From: Podarcis pityusensis
Lineage: Eukaryota
Length of the DNA stretch: 64,000 nucleotides
Reading direction: 5' to 3' (one strand)
Assembly (NCBI GenBank): GCA_964106645.2
Contig: OZ067044.1
In this document: piece after piece, positions 1 to 12,851 of the stretch
How positions within the stretch are numbered: the first letter of the stretch is position 1
How the letters are laid out: each line of letters starts with the position of its first letter
Made by a program: the position numbers and the translations under genes
Notes under the pieces: model-generated
Told to the model about the DNA's origin: nothing
The model's input: the letters and a program-made list of their open reading frames with translations, nothing else
Database searches by the model: none

Positions 1-64
1 ATCAATTAGCGGGGGTCACGTCAAACCAATAAAACAATTCCACAGTTTCTGCTGTATAAGGAAG

Positions 65-370
65 TGAGGGGCTGATGGGGCACATCAACCTGGGAAGGTA
101 GCCCATCTAGGGTATTTTTTTTGGAGAAGAAAGGGCTAAGGAATACACCCTACAAAAGTCCAAAGCTGAGTCCCTAAGACTCCTTTGGACCACATCAGTG
201 AGGCCAAGAGAGGGGTCCTGTCGTATGGGCAGCCTAGGACCTCCATAGACACTCACCAGGTTTGTGCCTCAAGGAGGTCACTTCAGCGCTGCAAACGTAG
301 CAGTTTGACTTCAACCCCAGAGGCATATTCCATTGTCTCTCGAGACAGATGGATAGCAGTTGTCAACAAC
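65..370 (+). mobile_element. Short degenerate interspersed repeat, probably RTE-related and non-autonomous
   Basis: GGAAGGTAGCCCATCTAGG and ...CCATTGTCTCTCGAGACAGATGGAT followed by a CAACAAC tail resemble squamate RTE-derived repeats. Recognised from memory only. Confidence 0.35.
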
Positions 371-639
371 TGTATCATATCACAGGGGAAAGCAATGAAA
401 ATGTTCTGGTTTTGGTTTGGCTTCTATGTAGAAATGTTCAGAGTCAAGCTCATTTTCACCACAACACAAACCTACCACATCACATATATCAGGGATAACC
501 AATATGGCCCTTATATAAATATACATATATCAACTACTTTTCTTCCAGATGTGAGCAACAAATCCATTACAAAGATACACAGACAAACCATGCTCTTTAT
601 CCCTGCTCCTGTCCACAAATCAATGAAAAAGAGACATAC

Positions 640-765
640 CTTCCTCTGAATACAGGTACTACATACTCAATAGCTGTGTTTTCTTTCTCTTCTTCTGACA
701 ATATACTCTGCTTAGCCCGCTTTGCTTTGGGACTTAACTTGAAAGAATAATCTTCCAACATTTTT
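640..765 (-). CDS. MYOM1: Myomesin-1, second coding exon (126 nt); gene continues beyond the left edge of the window
   Basis: Acceptor ttacctttctttcag| at 766 and donor AG|gtatgt at 639. Translates (G)KMLEDYSFKLSPKAKRAKQSILSEEEKENTAIEYVVPVFRG, matching the remembered human LLDDYSSKLSPKPKRAKHSLLSGEEKENLPSDYMVPIFSG. Phase 2/2, compatible with the upstream exon. Confidence 0.93.
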
Positions 766-1716
766 CTGAAAGAAAGGTAATATTATCAGATTTATAAAGA
801 CACTGTATATACAATTAGATTTACAAGCATATGCCTTAGAAAACCATATCTAAACATAAAAGATACATTAAATCTATCAGGACATCTGCTTATCTACAAG
901 TATACAAGGTGAACATTGGAGAAGCAGGCAAAAAACTACATAGAAAAATAGATGGAAAAACACAAAGATATAATGGTCAATTCAGTATTGCCAAGATTAT
1001 ATACAATAATGAGTTTTTTGTTTTTATTTTGTATATCTGAGCACCATCTTTAATACCATCAACAGGAAAAAACTCAAATCTAGATTACTCCTTGTTATTA
1101 GCAAAAGCTAAGGAGCTTCCACTGTTACTATTTTGCAAAAGGAATTCAAATGCTTACTGGAACTTTTGGTTTCTGCAATTAAAATGCATTAAAACACTCT
1201 GTCACATTACTGCAACAATTCTGCTTTTTAAAAAGCATGAACTTTTTAATGTGATGGGAAATGCATGGAAAAGTGTGCAATAAACAAATTATTTGCAGAA
1301 GATGGGTAAACACCCCACAAGTAAATCCAGATAATTGCAGAATGAATGCTTATTGTCATATAACTGTCCCACAAAAGTATAATAAATGGTTAATAAAGGT
1401 TGGACACAATCTAACCACCAAGTAATCTTTGTGCAAGCAAATCACGATATGAACTGGGCTTAACATGTAACTACTTATTTACTTACTTACAATTTGCTTC
1501 TCATCTATCCTCACTGTGCTTCTCATAACATAACAAAAGCAGCATTTTTAAAAAAAAAACCTTAAAGAATACTAAGGGTCAAAGCTCAAATTTCTGTACT
1601 TTGAAAACTATTGTTTCATATCACTTTTAAAAAAATATAACTTGCTCATACTATTATGCAATCACTAGAATGATCTTTATGGGTCTAAATTCAATTCGAA
1701 CATCTTCACCTTATTA

Positions 1717-1962
1717 CAGTCATACCTCAGGATAAATGTGCTTCAAGTTAAGTATTTTCGGGTTGCACTCTGCAGCGACCCAGAAGTAACAGAGCGTGTT
1801 ACTTCCGGGTTTTGCCATGTGTGCATGCGCAGATGGTCAAAATGACGTCATGCACATGCGCGGAAGTGGCAAAATGTGACCCGCGCAGACGTGGGTCGCG
1901 TTTGCTTCAGGATGCAAATGGGGCTCTGGAACGGATCCCATTCGCATCCTGAGGTGCCACTG
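1717..1962. mobile_element. Tc1/mariner (pogo/Tigger-like) MITE, family B
   Basis: TA|CAGTCATACCTCAGGAT ... ATCCTGAGGTGCCACTG|TA: terminal inverted repeats with a TA duplication. Confidence 0.75.
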
Positions 1963-2362
1963 TACTTAGATTTTCCAGAGGGAAACAGAAAAGAGAACGG
2001 AAACATGCAGCCTAAGTTTATGCATGTCTAGTTACAAATAAGTACCTCTTGTTCGGTTGGATTTAGTCCTAGCTACTTCTGCATATGCTTATTACATATC
2101 TAGACTGAAATCCGGTGCACACATTTGGGAGGAAGCACTCCTGAAAATGGGGCTTAGTTCTGAGTAGATACGCAAAGGATTACACTGTTTATATCACAAA
2201 TATTCTGAGTAGCATTTCTTCAGAAGAAGAAGTACAGAAATGTGAGCACTGATTAAATATAAAGCCATGCTGTAACTATTTTTGCTGGATTGTGGATATT
2301 AGTGAAAGGGGAAACCCAATGCAATGGAGCTATTTGTGCCAGCTCCTGAATCTGGGGAGTCT

Positions 2363-2692
2363 ACCAGACCCACCAAGTGTCCCTATTTCCCAGGGACATC
2401 CCTGATTTAGAGAATCCATCCCGTTTTCTGATTTGATCCTGGAATGTCCCACTTTTCCTTAGGATGCCCCTATTTTCATTGGAGAAATGTTGGAGGGTAT
2501 GGAGTTATCTGACCCCCAAGCTGTCTGAAGGCCATCCTGTATAGGGAAGTTTTTTTAAATGTTTTTATATATGTCGGAAGCAGCCCAGAGCGACTGGGGC
2601 AACCTGGTAAGATGTGTGGGGTATAAACAGTAAAATTATCATTAAGGAATGGGACCTCCCTATATTCATCGTAGAAATGTTGGAGGGTATGG
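2363..2692. mobile_element. Non-autonomous repeat (probable DNA-transposon derivative) with a duplicated end
   Basis: The motif CCCTAT(T)TTCATyGkAGAAATGTTGGAGGGTATGG occurs twice (~2468-2502 and ~2658-2692). No clear TSD. Confidence 0.45.
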
Positions 2693-3063
2693 TCCACCTG
2701 ACAGTGAAATGCAGATGATGTTTGGCCACACACACACACACACAATTTGGCTAAAAGTTACTGAAAGGTCATGAGGCTGTTGTCCCTGAAACCAGAGAGC
2801 AAAGAAAGTGTGATAAGTCCTACTCTGGGGAGATTCAGTTCCACATACCAGGTAAGAAGCTCTGGTTGCAACATCCTTCACTGAAGGGCAATATTTTAGA
2901 ATCTACTCTGGAGAATCTAGCAGCTTCTCTGTCTATGGACCTCTAGTGAGCCTGGACCCAAGGGACTATGAGAAAACTGATTTTAGAAACTTTTATAGTT
3001 AGTCTGCCAATACCTCAGGTGGCAATCCTATAAACATTTACCTGGGACTGTACACCACTGAGC

Positions 3064-3459
3064 CAGCGGTGGAGCATATGCCCACACTGCCCAGGGCAGG
3101 CGCGCTCCCGAGGGTGGTGGATCCCACAGCCGAGGGGGGTGGAGGGTGCCCTCCCAGGCGCAGGATAACCATTTGGGTGCACAGAGCGGAATGCGCACCC
3201 TGCAGCCGGGGGCGGAGTGAGCTGCCCATGGTGGACATTCAGTGTGCTGCCTGCCCACAACTCCCAAGCCTCCCCCAGCTGTCAAAACGAAGGGGGAAGG
3301 GGGGAATGCCGCCAGCAAGGCGGTGCAGCTCCTCCCCTTCCCCCGACGGCTCGGGGTGGGCTTGGGAGTCGCGGGAAGGCAGCGCACCAAATGTCACCCC
3401 CCCCAGCGAAGACACCCAGGGCGGTCCACCCACACCACACACCCCTTCCTCCGCCCCTG
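3064..3459. mobile_element. GC-rich hAT-type MITE nested in an older hairpin element
   Basis: Perfect 8-bp TSD CACTGAGC (3056-3063 and 3460-3467); imperfect TIRs CAGCGGTGGAG / CTCCGCCCCTG. Confidence 0.8.
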
Positions 3460-5148
3460 CACTGAGCTCAATGGGACTTACTTCTGAGTAAATTTGTATC
3501 AGTTTCAGCTACTCTCAATCCCACCATATATCCTTGAGCAGAATGGCAGGATATAAATGATCTTAAATAAATAAATGGTTTTAGAAAGCATTTCAGGGCA
3601 CAAGGAGGAAGGCCAAAGGCCTATAACTTGTTTGTAAGAGCAATGGTGTTGTTTCTATATAGTATCAAAAATAACAGCTTACTCTAACATCTGTATGTAA
3701 GATCGACTTACAACAGGATGATATGTATTCATTGGGAAAGAAACTTGATTTTTAACTCTGGTCCTGCCCAATTCATACATTACTTGGCTATTCACGCCTA
3801 GTCACTGCTGAGTATGCACATAATGCTTGAGTCCAGCGCATAAATTACTGAGTGGCAGCAAACACTGTATTTCTAAATGAGAAATACCCAACAGTCATGG
3901 CTATTGTGGCCAAACAACACCTATGATCATTCTGTTCTTATATTTATTTGAGAATTGCTAGAATAATTCACAAAGGATTTTGAGTCATATACGCAATGCC
4001 TAAAGCAGCCCTATATTGCTTCATAAATTTAATTACCATAGGTAGGAACATTTGAGACTGACATTCAGAGCCATTGGTTTAGAATTTCACCTAACAATGT
4101 GAACTGCTTTCATGTCTCCTCAGGGCTGAGAAGACAAATTGTACAGTACTATGGTCCCCTAGATGTTATTGATTTGGATGCTCTTATGTCACTACAGAGT
4201 ATGATGACCTATGGTTAAATTTAGCTGAATGCTAAGGCATTGAGAGGTTTTAGAATTAGAATGCTAAAGCCAATTAGCAACTTTTGAAAAACTGCTTAGG
4301 TCTTGCTTACATAAAGAAGGGGGAACCCTGGGTATGTAGATATTACAAATTGATGTACAGTTTCAGGATTTTTAAGACATTTATGCAGACAGACCACTTA
4401 TGGTAAGCAATGAAAAAGCCTGGAAGACGCAATACCTTTGACAAGCAGAGTTTGAGTCCTGCTTCTTCAGATCTAACGTAGTATGTGAAACAGGCTTTCC
4501 TTATAAATAATAATAAATGCACAAATTCCTTTCAGAGAGGTGAAGCATGTGCTGTGTTGCCAGATCAAGCAGAGTAACAGGATCCCCCTAGAGATTGCCC
4601 TACTAGTCTAAGGTTGGAGACTCAGCTATTTCATATTCTATCTCCTAAGTGACAAACATATTTAGACAGATCTGATTTAGCAGAAAAGATGAATAAGAAC
4701 CCTTCAAAAGACTGATAATTTTATTGAATGAATGAGGTTTTTCTCCTGTCCCTTCTTCCACAACTTTGCTTTGTCTGCCACGTGACAAATGAATGAAGTA
4801 GCCTAGCTTTATTCCATGCACTGGATTGGGTAAGATTATCTGACATTAAGGCGTCCTCGACTGTAGGGTCAAGTTGAGAGCCTTCCAAATGTTGGCCAGA
4901 AGCCATGAACAGGTTTAGGGCACATAAAGATCTGTGCAAGATATTTAGCACATTAGAGAAGCTTGCTGAATAAGCATTAATCAAACATTGAAACGCAAGG
5001 TATATAGCTGCTTTGAACTAATATATAAAGAAAAAAAGATACATATTTTTTACTATAAACAAAAATAAACACACAGTTCAGATTATGTCCTAAACCACTT
5101 GATGGCTTGTAGGCACTGAGCAAAACATAAGAAAGCTTGATAGCAATA

Positions 5149-5390
5149 CAGTGGTACCTCGGGTTACAGACGCTTCCGGTTACAGATGCTTCAGGTTACA
5201 GACTCCACTAACCCAGAAATAGTACCTTGGGTTAAGAACTTTGCTTCAGGATGAGAACAGAAATCATGCTCCGGCGATGCGGTGGCAGCAGGAGACCCTG
5301 TTAACTAAAGTGGTACCTCAGGTTAATAACAGTTTCAGGTTAAGAACGGACCTCCAGAACGAATTAAGTTCTTAACCTGAAGTACCACTG
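5149..5390. mobile_element. Tc1/mariner-type MITE, family A copy 1
   Basis: TA|CAGTGGTACCTCGGGTTA ... TAACCTGAAGTACCACTG|TA, with internal CAGGTTA repeats. Confidence 0.85.
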
Positions 5391-7777
5391 TACCAGGAAA
5401 GGGCCTAGAACTGATAATTAAACTATCAGTCTGTGAACACTCAGAAAAGGATGCTGTGATTACTAAGACCCTATTTTTCAGCAGCTGGCTCTAAGCTTTA
5501 AGGATCTGCTAGTTAGGAATCAAATGACCAAATATTCTTCTCCATACCTAAACTGATGACTAATGACATAGTTCGTGGCATGTAAAAGGGAACATCTTTA
5601 TTTATACTTCTGGGCTGCTGGAATTCTCTTTGGCCAAGACACAAAATGCTTTGGTGTGTGGCTATAGACTTTGATGAGTAAATCACCACAAGAATCAAAA
5701 CCACAGTGTGCATGTGCGAAATCAATATTGTTTGATCATCACAATCTGGAAGAGCAGGACATATCAGACTTCCCATGGTAAGCACAAGGTTTTCAGGGTG
5801 GGCTATCTCTTTAATTCTGTTCTGCCATACTCCCTAAGGCAGGCATTTTGTGTTAGGCCGCCCATCCCCCATAGCAGTTGTTTTGTGACTGGAGCCTCCA
5901 GCGCTCCCTCAAAATTCAAAATGTGCCCACTGGTCCAAAAAGGCTTGGCAACCCATACTATAGAATGGTAGGAAAGAGCAAAAATAAAATGTAAGAATCT
6001 TGACTTGAAGAAGACATTTTTGCAGTAAATAATCTTGTAAATATAATCACTTAAGAGCAATTATTTTTGCAGGAATCAAGTTCAACCTTGAATGTTCACT
6101 ACTGTACTTAAAACTCTTTGCCAAAGCTGAAACAACACAGCCAGTTAAACAATGAATGGAATCATACTTTCATCAACACCAGCAATTCAGTTATAAAGGT
6201 CACATACTGAGCACTTCAGTCCAAGTAAGCACATACCAGCCTAAATCCCAATCACAAACAATTAGATAATTACTTCTGGCAAGATTATTTTTTAAAAACC
6301 TGCTGAGAAAGAGGACATTTTAATGGGATTTCACAACGGTATTGGATTTCCAGTTTCAGTGCCAACTTTTTCCAGTGATCAGAATACGTACTGAGGCAGC
6401 CATGATGGCATCATGATTAGTCCTTGCCCATCCTCAGATACTTAAATTACTATCTTTGGCCATTCTGCTGTCAATTTAGGCTGATGTATATTTATTTTAC
6501 ATGCATGTTTATTTAAGAAAACTAGCAAATGTCTAGATTCATCACATCTGCTTCAATTTTCCTACTATATTATAGAGGAAAACCATGCTCTTAACCCTCT
6601 TATGGGCAGACAGATGTATGTAACATTCTTCCAGTGTTTTCTTTTTCTTATGAAAAGTTAATGGGAGACTGTGTGTTTGAGGGCTCATTCACACTGAAGT
6701 TTAATGTAGATTTGAAGTTGCTTCTGTGTCTATATTTTTGGCATCCACACAATACTGTACTCTCATCCAAGTGGCAGCCTGCCTTCCCACCCCCCACCCC
6801 CCAAAAAAATTAAATTTGGATTGTCCTGATCTGCAGATAATCTGCTAAGGGAAGAAAACACCATATATAATTGCATGTTACCCAACTGTGGGTGCATTGT
6901 GCGGAAAGGTTATTTTACATGTGTGTTCACATGCTGGGTTCTACCTGTCATCACACACCCTACTTCCATTTTGTTTTCATCAGCCCAAAGGAAAGAATTC
7001 AGCTTGGCAATCTGGTATACTGAAAAACTTGTGGGTTAAAAAAATGCTTTAAAAGTGCATGTGTGCAGATAAACAAATGCATGTGCGCATTCCGACAATG
7101 GACCTCAGGTTTCCAGAAAGGGAAGTGCTAACTGAGGAGAGGAGACAACACCACACCACACAGCATGAATACGTACCACAAAGCACCACCTACTAATGTG
7201 GACGGAGAAACTATGAGGTAGATTTCAGAGGCATAAAACTGAAAATGTTCATGTGCGGATGAAGGTGCACAAATGCACACACAGAAACATCAAATCACAT
7301 ATAAATTTGTAAACCACTTTGAAATTTTCCTTTTTGTGTTTTTTACAATCAACCAGTGTATAAATTTTATGAAATAAAATAAATAGATAAAAGTAACTCC
7401 CTCATGTGAGGACAGCCTGAGCTGAGGAACTGTGAGAGGAGGAGCTAATGAAACCATTTCCCTCCAGCCATTATTCCAATCAAAACTAAGGCCCCATTTC
7501 ACCCATGGGGGTGGAAATACATACATTTTCATCCTGCATTGAAAAGAAGCTGGGGGGAAAGGTGATGGCTGAAGGGGAAAGGGTTAAGCAGCTCTTTCCA
7601 AGCTTCTAAGCCTTCTTCAAAATCCCTGCAGCAAACTGCTGCATGTCTCTGCCTGTGTAATATCTAGGCTGGCCCTCAGAAGACCCATAGAAGAGACAAA
7701 TACCGTACCTTTGTGGGAAGACTGTAAAGTGTAAAAAATTACATCTAAGAATAGCAAATTATTCCAGCAAAGAAATA

Positions 7778-7987
7778 CAGTGGTACCTCTGGTTGCGAAT
7801 GGGATCCATTCTGGAGGCCCGTTCGCAACATGAAAAGAGCGTAACCCGCAGCGGCGCGTCTTCACTTGCGATTCGCCGCTTCTGCGCATGCGCGAGTGGC
7901 GAAACCCGGAAGTAACCCTTTCCGGTACTTCCAGGTCATAACCTGAAAGAACGTAACATGAAGAGGACGTAACATGAGGTATGACTG
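7778..7987. mobile_element. Tc1/mariner-type MITE related to family B, opposite orientation to 1717-1962
   Basis: TA|CAGTGGTACCTC ... GAGGTATGACTG|TA; shares the GGGATCC..TC.GG and CCCGGAAGTAA motifs. Confidence 0.75.
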
Positions 7988-8117
7988 TACATATGATGAT
8001 ACATCACAGAACCTGCTCCTGCTCCAACTGAAGCCAATGGAGTGTTTGTCACTGAACTGAATGAAAAAGGAGTAAACATTTCCTTGCAACTGAGCAAAAT
8101 TTTGTGTTTTACCCTAC

Positions 8118-8488
8118 CCTCGACTGTAGGTTTCATATCCAAGGCGGTAGGCTTCAGCTTTCTTATTGACCAACTCAGATCCGTGATGGTAGGCTTCCGC
8201 TTTCTTACTTATCAATTCAGATCCTAGACTGAGGGCTGAAGATCTTTTACTGTGAGCTGCTGATTCATGGGCATAGGATTCTGCCAATTCATGGCTAGAT
8301 GCTGCAGACTGCTGGCCATGGTGGTAGGCCAATGCAGCTTCCTTACTATAGGCGGTAGATCCATGAGTGTAAATGGCAGATTTGCGCTTCTCCTCCCTTT
8401 GGTACTGACTTAGAGTGGACTCCAGCTCCTTGTGGCGATATGCACGATCAAAATGTTGATGATGCCTCTGGTAGAATGGTAAAGACAT
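8118..8488 (-). CDS. MYOM1: Myomesin-1, first coding exon (whole exon 8118-8526 including 5'UTR)
   Basis: Begins MSLPFYQRHHQHFDRAYRHKELESTLSQYQREEKRKSAIYTHGSTAYS, the diagnostic myomesin-1 N-terminus. Acceptor ttgcttttacag| at 8527; donor GG|gtaggg at 8117 (phase 2). Confidence 0.96.
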
Positions 8489-8668
8489 CCTGGATTTCTC
8501 TTAGCTCAGCCCACACTTTTGATGTTCTGTAAAAGCAACAACAAAAAACCACAAGTTAAATAGCATGTATGACTATGCCATTATGGTGGGGTTTTTTAAT
8601 GTCATAAGCTGCCTTGAACATGGTTTTAACTATGGAAAGTCAGCATACAAATAAAATCATGTATGTAT

Positions 8669-8872
8669 GTAAAGGTAGAGGTAACAGACCCCTGGGTGGT
8701 TAGGTCCAGTCAAAGGTGACTATGAGGTGCGGCACTCATCTTGCTTCAGGCCGAAGGAGTCGGCGTTTGTCCACAGACAGCTTTCCGGGTCATGTGGCCA
8801 GAATGACTAAACCACTTCTGGCGCAACAAAACACCGTGACGGAAGCCAGAGCACATGGAAATGCTGTTTGCC
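8669..8872 (-). mobile_element. Sauria SINE, 5'-truncated
   Basis: AAAGGT tail and CAGCTTTCCGGGTCATGTGGCCAG core shared with the full copies; sits within a (TATG)n tract. Confidence 0.75.
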
Positions 8873-10850
8873 TATGTGTGTATGTATGTATGACATGCTC
8901 AATAATTTTTCAGTGATCATAATTAATCCATCAAAGATAGATTCAGATAAATACTGAAAGGAAGATTGTGGGTGGTATTCAACTATGTCTTACTCAGAGT
9001 AGACCCTTGAAATTAATCAACTTGACTAAGTAAGGTCCATTTAGTTCAATGTAACTATTGTAATTAAAACTTAGTTGAATACCACCCTGTGTCATGTTTA
9101 TGCTTCACTGGGCTCATCTACCTGCAAGCAAAATATGATGAATAGTAGTTACAGCATGTATGAGTATTTAAGTGTATGAATAAGAAACTTTCACAAGGAC
9201 ATAAGTCAAAAAGTGCACACAAAATCCATTTTAACATTTCATTTATATAAGAAGAACATCATTCATCTGAAGTTAAGAAGAACATTTATGTCCACACAGT
9301 TGTAGATTTTGAGTTTTATAACTTTCTATGAAAATTTGAAACACTTGTAGAAAAAAAGTAAAATATTAGTTTCATCCCATGTGGCAATTCCTAGGAAAAA
9401 CACAAAATGCTCTTTAAAAGCATCTGGTTACTCTTGTAGCACTTTGGTACAGGAATCTTTTGTCTAACTCTTCTAGAATTAAAATAAATTTTGTGTATTT
9501 TTCTTTTCTATTTCTTTTCTGTTTTTTAAAAATCTAACTTTCAAATCACATTTTCAGTATTGTGATTTCAACATTACGTTCCAGATTCTGCATTCCAAAA
9601 TCATGTTCTTGTCACCATCTCACACAGTTACATTTAGAGATACCCAAGATGCAAAACTGCAGAGTCAATACTCCAAATACATCCATTTGCAAACCAGTTA
9701 TTCTGAACCTTAGCATTCACAATTAAATGTGTGAATCCAAATTATAATTCCAGTATATATAACATAACTCATACAGTGCTTATTATTTCATGCTCTGCAC
9801 TGTATGTGTGTCTGTTTCCTTCACTATTTATATATGCATTGTTTGCATAACTGCAGTCTGTCTTATCTTAGTATAATTAATAGGCTGTATCAAGGGCCCA
9901 TGGTTCAACCCAAGGTTTCCAACACTGAAGATCTACCAACATAATTATGACTTTGTTCAAGATCCACTTGTTGATGCCCACCATCAGTACACACACACAG
10001 CCTTAAGCCTCTTCTGCTGCAGTTTCCCGAGCACCTGCTGTTAGCGGCTCAGTGATTAAATGACAAGGCTTCTTCAATCTTCAGTTTGAAAATTATTATT
10101 CATTTTGTGACTGGCCATTAGTTTTATCTTAGGCTTTGGAAATGCTAGATTCTGTGTGCGTGGTAATTCTTAGTGCACACATTTACAGAGGCATGTGCAG
10201 TAAAAATACCTAATTTGTCAATAATTTAACAACTATGATTAACTTTTTATATGTTAATGTAGGGCTAAATAAATGCACATTAACAGGAGCAGTATCATGA
10301 TGGCAGACTTCTCACTGGCCTATGCATGTTCATTAAAGCATGTGTAGAAAGTGGCCACACATACTTGTGCCACACAGCTGTTTGCACAAGGATCCCATTG
10401 AACATTATAATGAATACATTGCACATAGGTTGGTGCATTGTGTTGGTATTCCCCTCTAACAAGGGCTGTAATATTTTAAAAATACTATGGGAATCTTGAA
10501 ACACATAGAGAATCTAATCACTTGAACTGTTTTCATCTGAAGACATTCTGAAGTAACTATCACACACAAGCAGAAAGCATTTTAGAAGAGAACTGTTACA
10601 CAACTAAACTTTCTAGTGGCACCCTTAACTCATGTTTCATTTGAAAAGTACTTTAGAGGTATGTTACAATAGGTGAGCTGCTAAATATTTTGCATTACTT
10701 TGTTTTTTCTTGAAGCTTCACTCTTAAGATTTCTCCAATCTGCTGGTGAATCCATAATAGAAGAAAATAGAGAGATAATACTTGTCCACATTTATAACAT
10801 ACAGAACACATTTGTTTGACAAATAATGTCTCTGGGCATTGCATACTTAC

Positions 10851-11005
10851 CAGTAGTCCAATTAAGAATGATAGAATTTCAGTCTTGTACAAGGATGAAT
10901 GAGAAGAAGAGAGAAATCCAGCAAAAGTTTGATCCCTCAGAGTGGCTGACAGGACCAGGGTTGAGGGACCCTCAGGTCCAGAGCAAAAATAATGACTGTA
11001 GTCAG
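10851..11005 (-). other. MYOM1: Probable non-coding exon 1 of MYOM1 (TSS approximate)
   Basis: Strong minus-strand donor CTG|GTAAGT at 10850, about 180 nt downstream of the CArG/TATA-like and MEF2 motifs. It would splice to the acceptor at 8527. Confidence 0.6.
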
Positions 11006-11030
11006 TGGAATGTGAAAGCAACACTCCCAA

Positions 11031-11062
11031 CCTTTTATGGCTGGAAAGGCTGTTAAATATAG
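11031..11062 (-). promoter_or_regulatory. MYOM1 muscle promoter: CArG box/TATA-like element plus MEF2 site
   Basis: CCTTTTATGG (11031-11040) is a perfect CC(A/T)6GG and reads CCATAAAAGG on the minus strand. TTAAATATAG (11053-11062) fits MEF2 YTA(A/T)4TAR. A second MEF2-like TTAAAAATAA lies at 11271-11280. Confidence 0.7.
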
Positions 11063-11530
11063 CAGCAGCAAAGAGGGGGAGAGAGACAGAGTGCTATCCC
11101 TCCGCAAATATATGACAGCAGCTTCAAGCTACAAGTCTTCCCTCTCTCAAGCCTAACAAAATTGAGTCCTAAGGCCTTCTGCCAGCTCCTAAATGATGTC
11201 AGCATGGTTGTGCAACTGACATTCATTGGTTTAAGTAATGAAGGAAAATCTGTTGCTCCATAAACCTAATTTAAAAATAAGTTGCCACTGTACTGACAGA
11301 AGCCAGAGTTACAGTAGTGTGACATTAATAAGGACTCCTGAATGTTCTTGTGCCCAGTTCCATCACAGGATGCTATTAACACAAGTGTTGATATATCTGC
11401 TGTGAACTGAATTTAGCCAAGGTAATTTGGAAGTGTGAAGGTACCGTAATTAGGAAAGCTGAACTGTGGGTTTCATGGGGGGGGGGGGGATTCTGTGATT
11501 TCTTAACAAGTTGTCAGATTTTATAATCTG

Positions 11531-11865
11531 ATAGAATCATAGAATTGTAGAGTTAGAAGGGACTCTGAGGTTCATCTAGTCCAACCCCTTGCAATGCAGG
11601 AATTTCAACCAAAGCGTCCTTGACAGAGGGCCATCAGCCTCTGCTTAAAAACCTCCAAGAAAGGAAAGTCCACCACCTCTCATGAGAGTCTGTTCCACTG
11701 CAAAACAGCTCTTACTGTCAGAAAGTTCTTCCTGATGTTTAGTCAGGATCTCCTTTCTTGTAATTTGAACCCATTGGTTCAGGTTCTAGCCTCTGGAGCA
11801 GGAGAAACCAAGCTTGCTCCAACCTCCATGTGACAGCATGGATATTTAGATATTTGAATATGGTT
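11531..11865 (-). mobile_element. CR1 LINE 3' fragment
   Basis: Reverse complement of the CR1 (ATTCTATG)n tail, plus the CCCTTCTAAC and GTTGGACTAGATGA 3' motifs, followed by CR1 ORF2-end sequence. Confidence 0.75.
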
Positions 11866-12851
11866 TTTCATTTCCTAAAAGAATACCTGCTGGTTGAAAA
11901 CAGAATGTGTATCTTCTCTCACAAAGCCATCACTGGTCTCAAGCAAAAGGTTGAAGATACTGATATGGTTGAAGACTGCATGAAAGGAGTGGATACCACG
12001 CTTAACCTGGCAGGTTTGGGAAATGAGACAGGTTTTGTCCATATTTAAATTAGGTCTGAATCCATGTTTATTGCTTTGAACTTCCCCTCACCAATCCACA
12101 CAGGAGTGTATTTGTTGTAGTATTTAGAACGAATCAGCCCTGTATATCCATATTGGCAGCCATTCCCATTGCTATTTAGATTCCTGCTGAGTTTGCTTGT
12201 TAATTGTCTCATCAGTTACAGTTGGCTGCCCCATTCCACTTTTTATGTTAGTTTCTTCAGGTGGCATTGTCAACATATGGACAGATAACTTTTTTAAAAT
12301 TTAAAAAAACTGATCTTGTGTGGAATACTCATTTAAGGGAAAATATATTCTTTGTTCCCCTAAATTACTCTGTGCACAAATTAGATCAGTTTTTCCTTCC
12401 TGCCTTGCTGCTGCAAAACTAAACCTTTTTGAATCTGTGGGTGCCTGTGGCAGGGCAGGGGTCAGATAATAATACAAGTTGGGGAGTCAGTGGGGCTGAG
12501 GAGCCCTTTCAGGAATTGGCATGGTGGTGGGAGTAGGTGGTTGCTTTGTTGTGTCTTTATCTACCATGACTTCTGCCAAATGATTATCACCTTCTCCCTA
12601 CGTGCAAGCAATCAAGACCCCCCATTCAGGCTTGAACAAGGAAAGCAGCTGGGAGAGAGAAGGTAGCAGTGGAGAGCAAGGAGAGAGGTCCAAGTCAGGT
12701 GCTATATGAAAGCAGAGCGATCCTGCTTTCCTTCTCTAAAGGGCCCCAAAGAGAACACAGGCAGTGGGTACTTTGGTATATTAGGCCATTCCTGTGGCAG
12801 AACGAAAACCTCATAGGTTACGCCTCCTTGAATCTTTTTTCTCTTCCCTCT

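Noticed and set aside
5149-5390. Regularly spaced CAGGTTA repeats resembling a CRISPR-like array
   Set aside because: Internal subrepeats of a eukaryotic MITE with TIRs and a TA TSD; spacers are the same in all copies and there are no cas genes.
7617-8142. Minus-strand ORFs downstream of the first MYOM1 coding exon as extra coding exons
   Set aside because: Intronic or MITE-derived with no myomesin similarity; the exons at 8118 and 765 join in phase without them.
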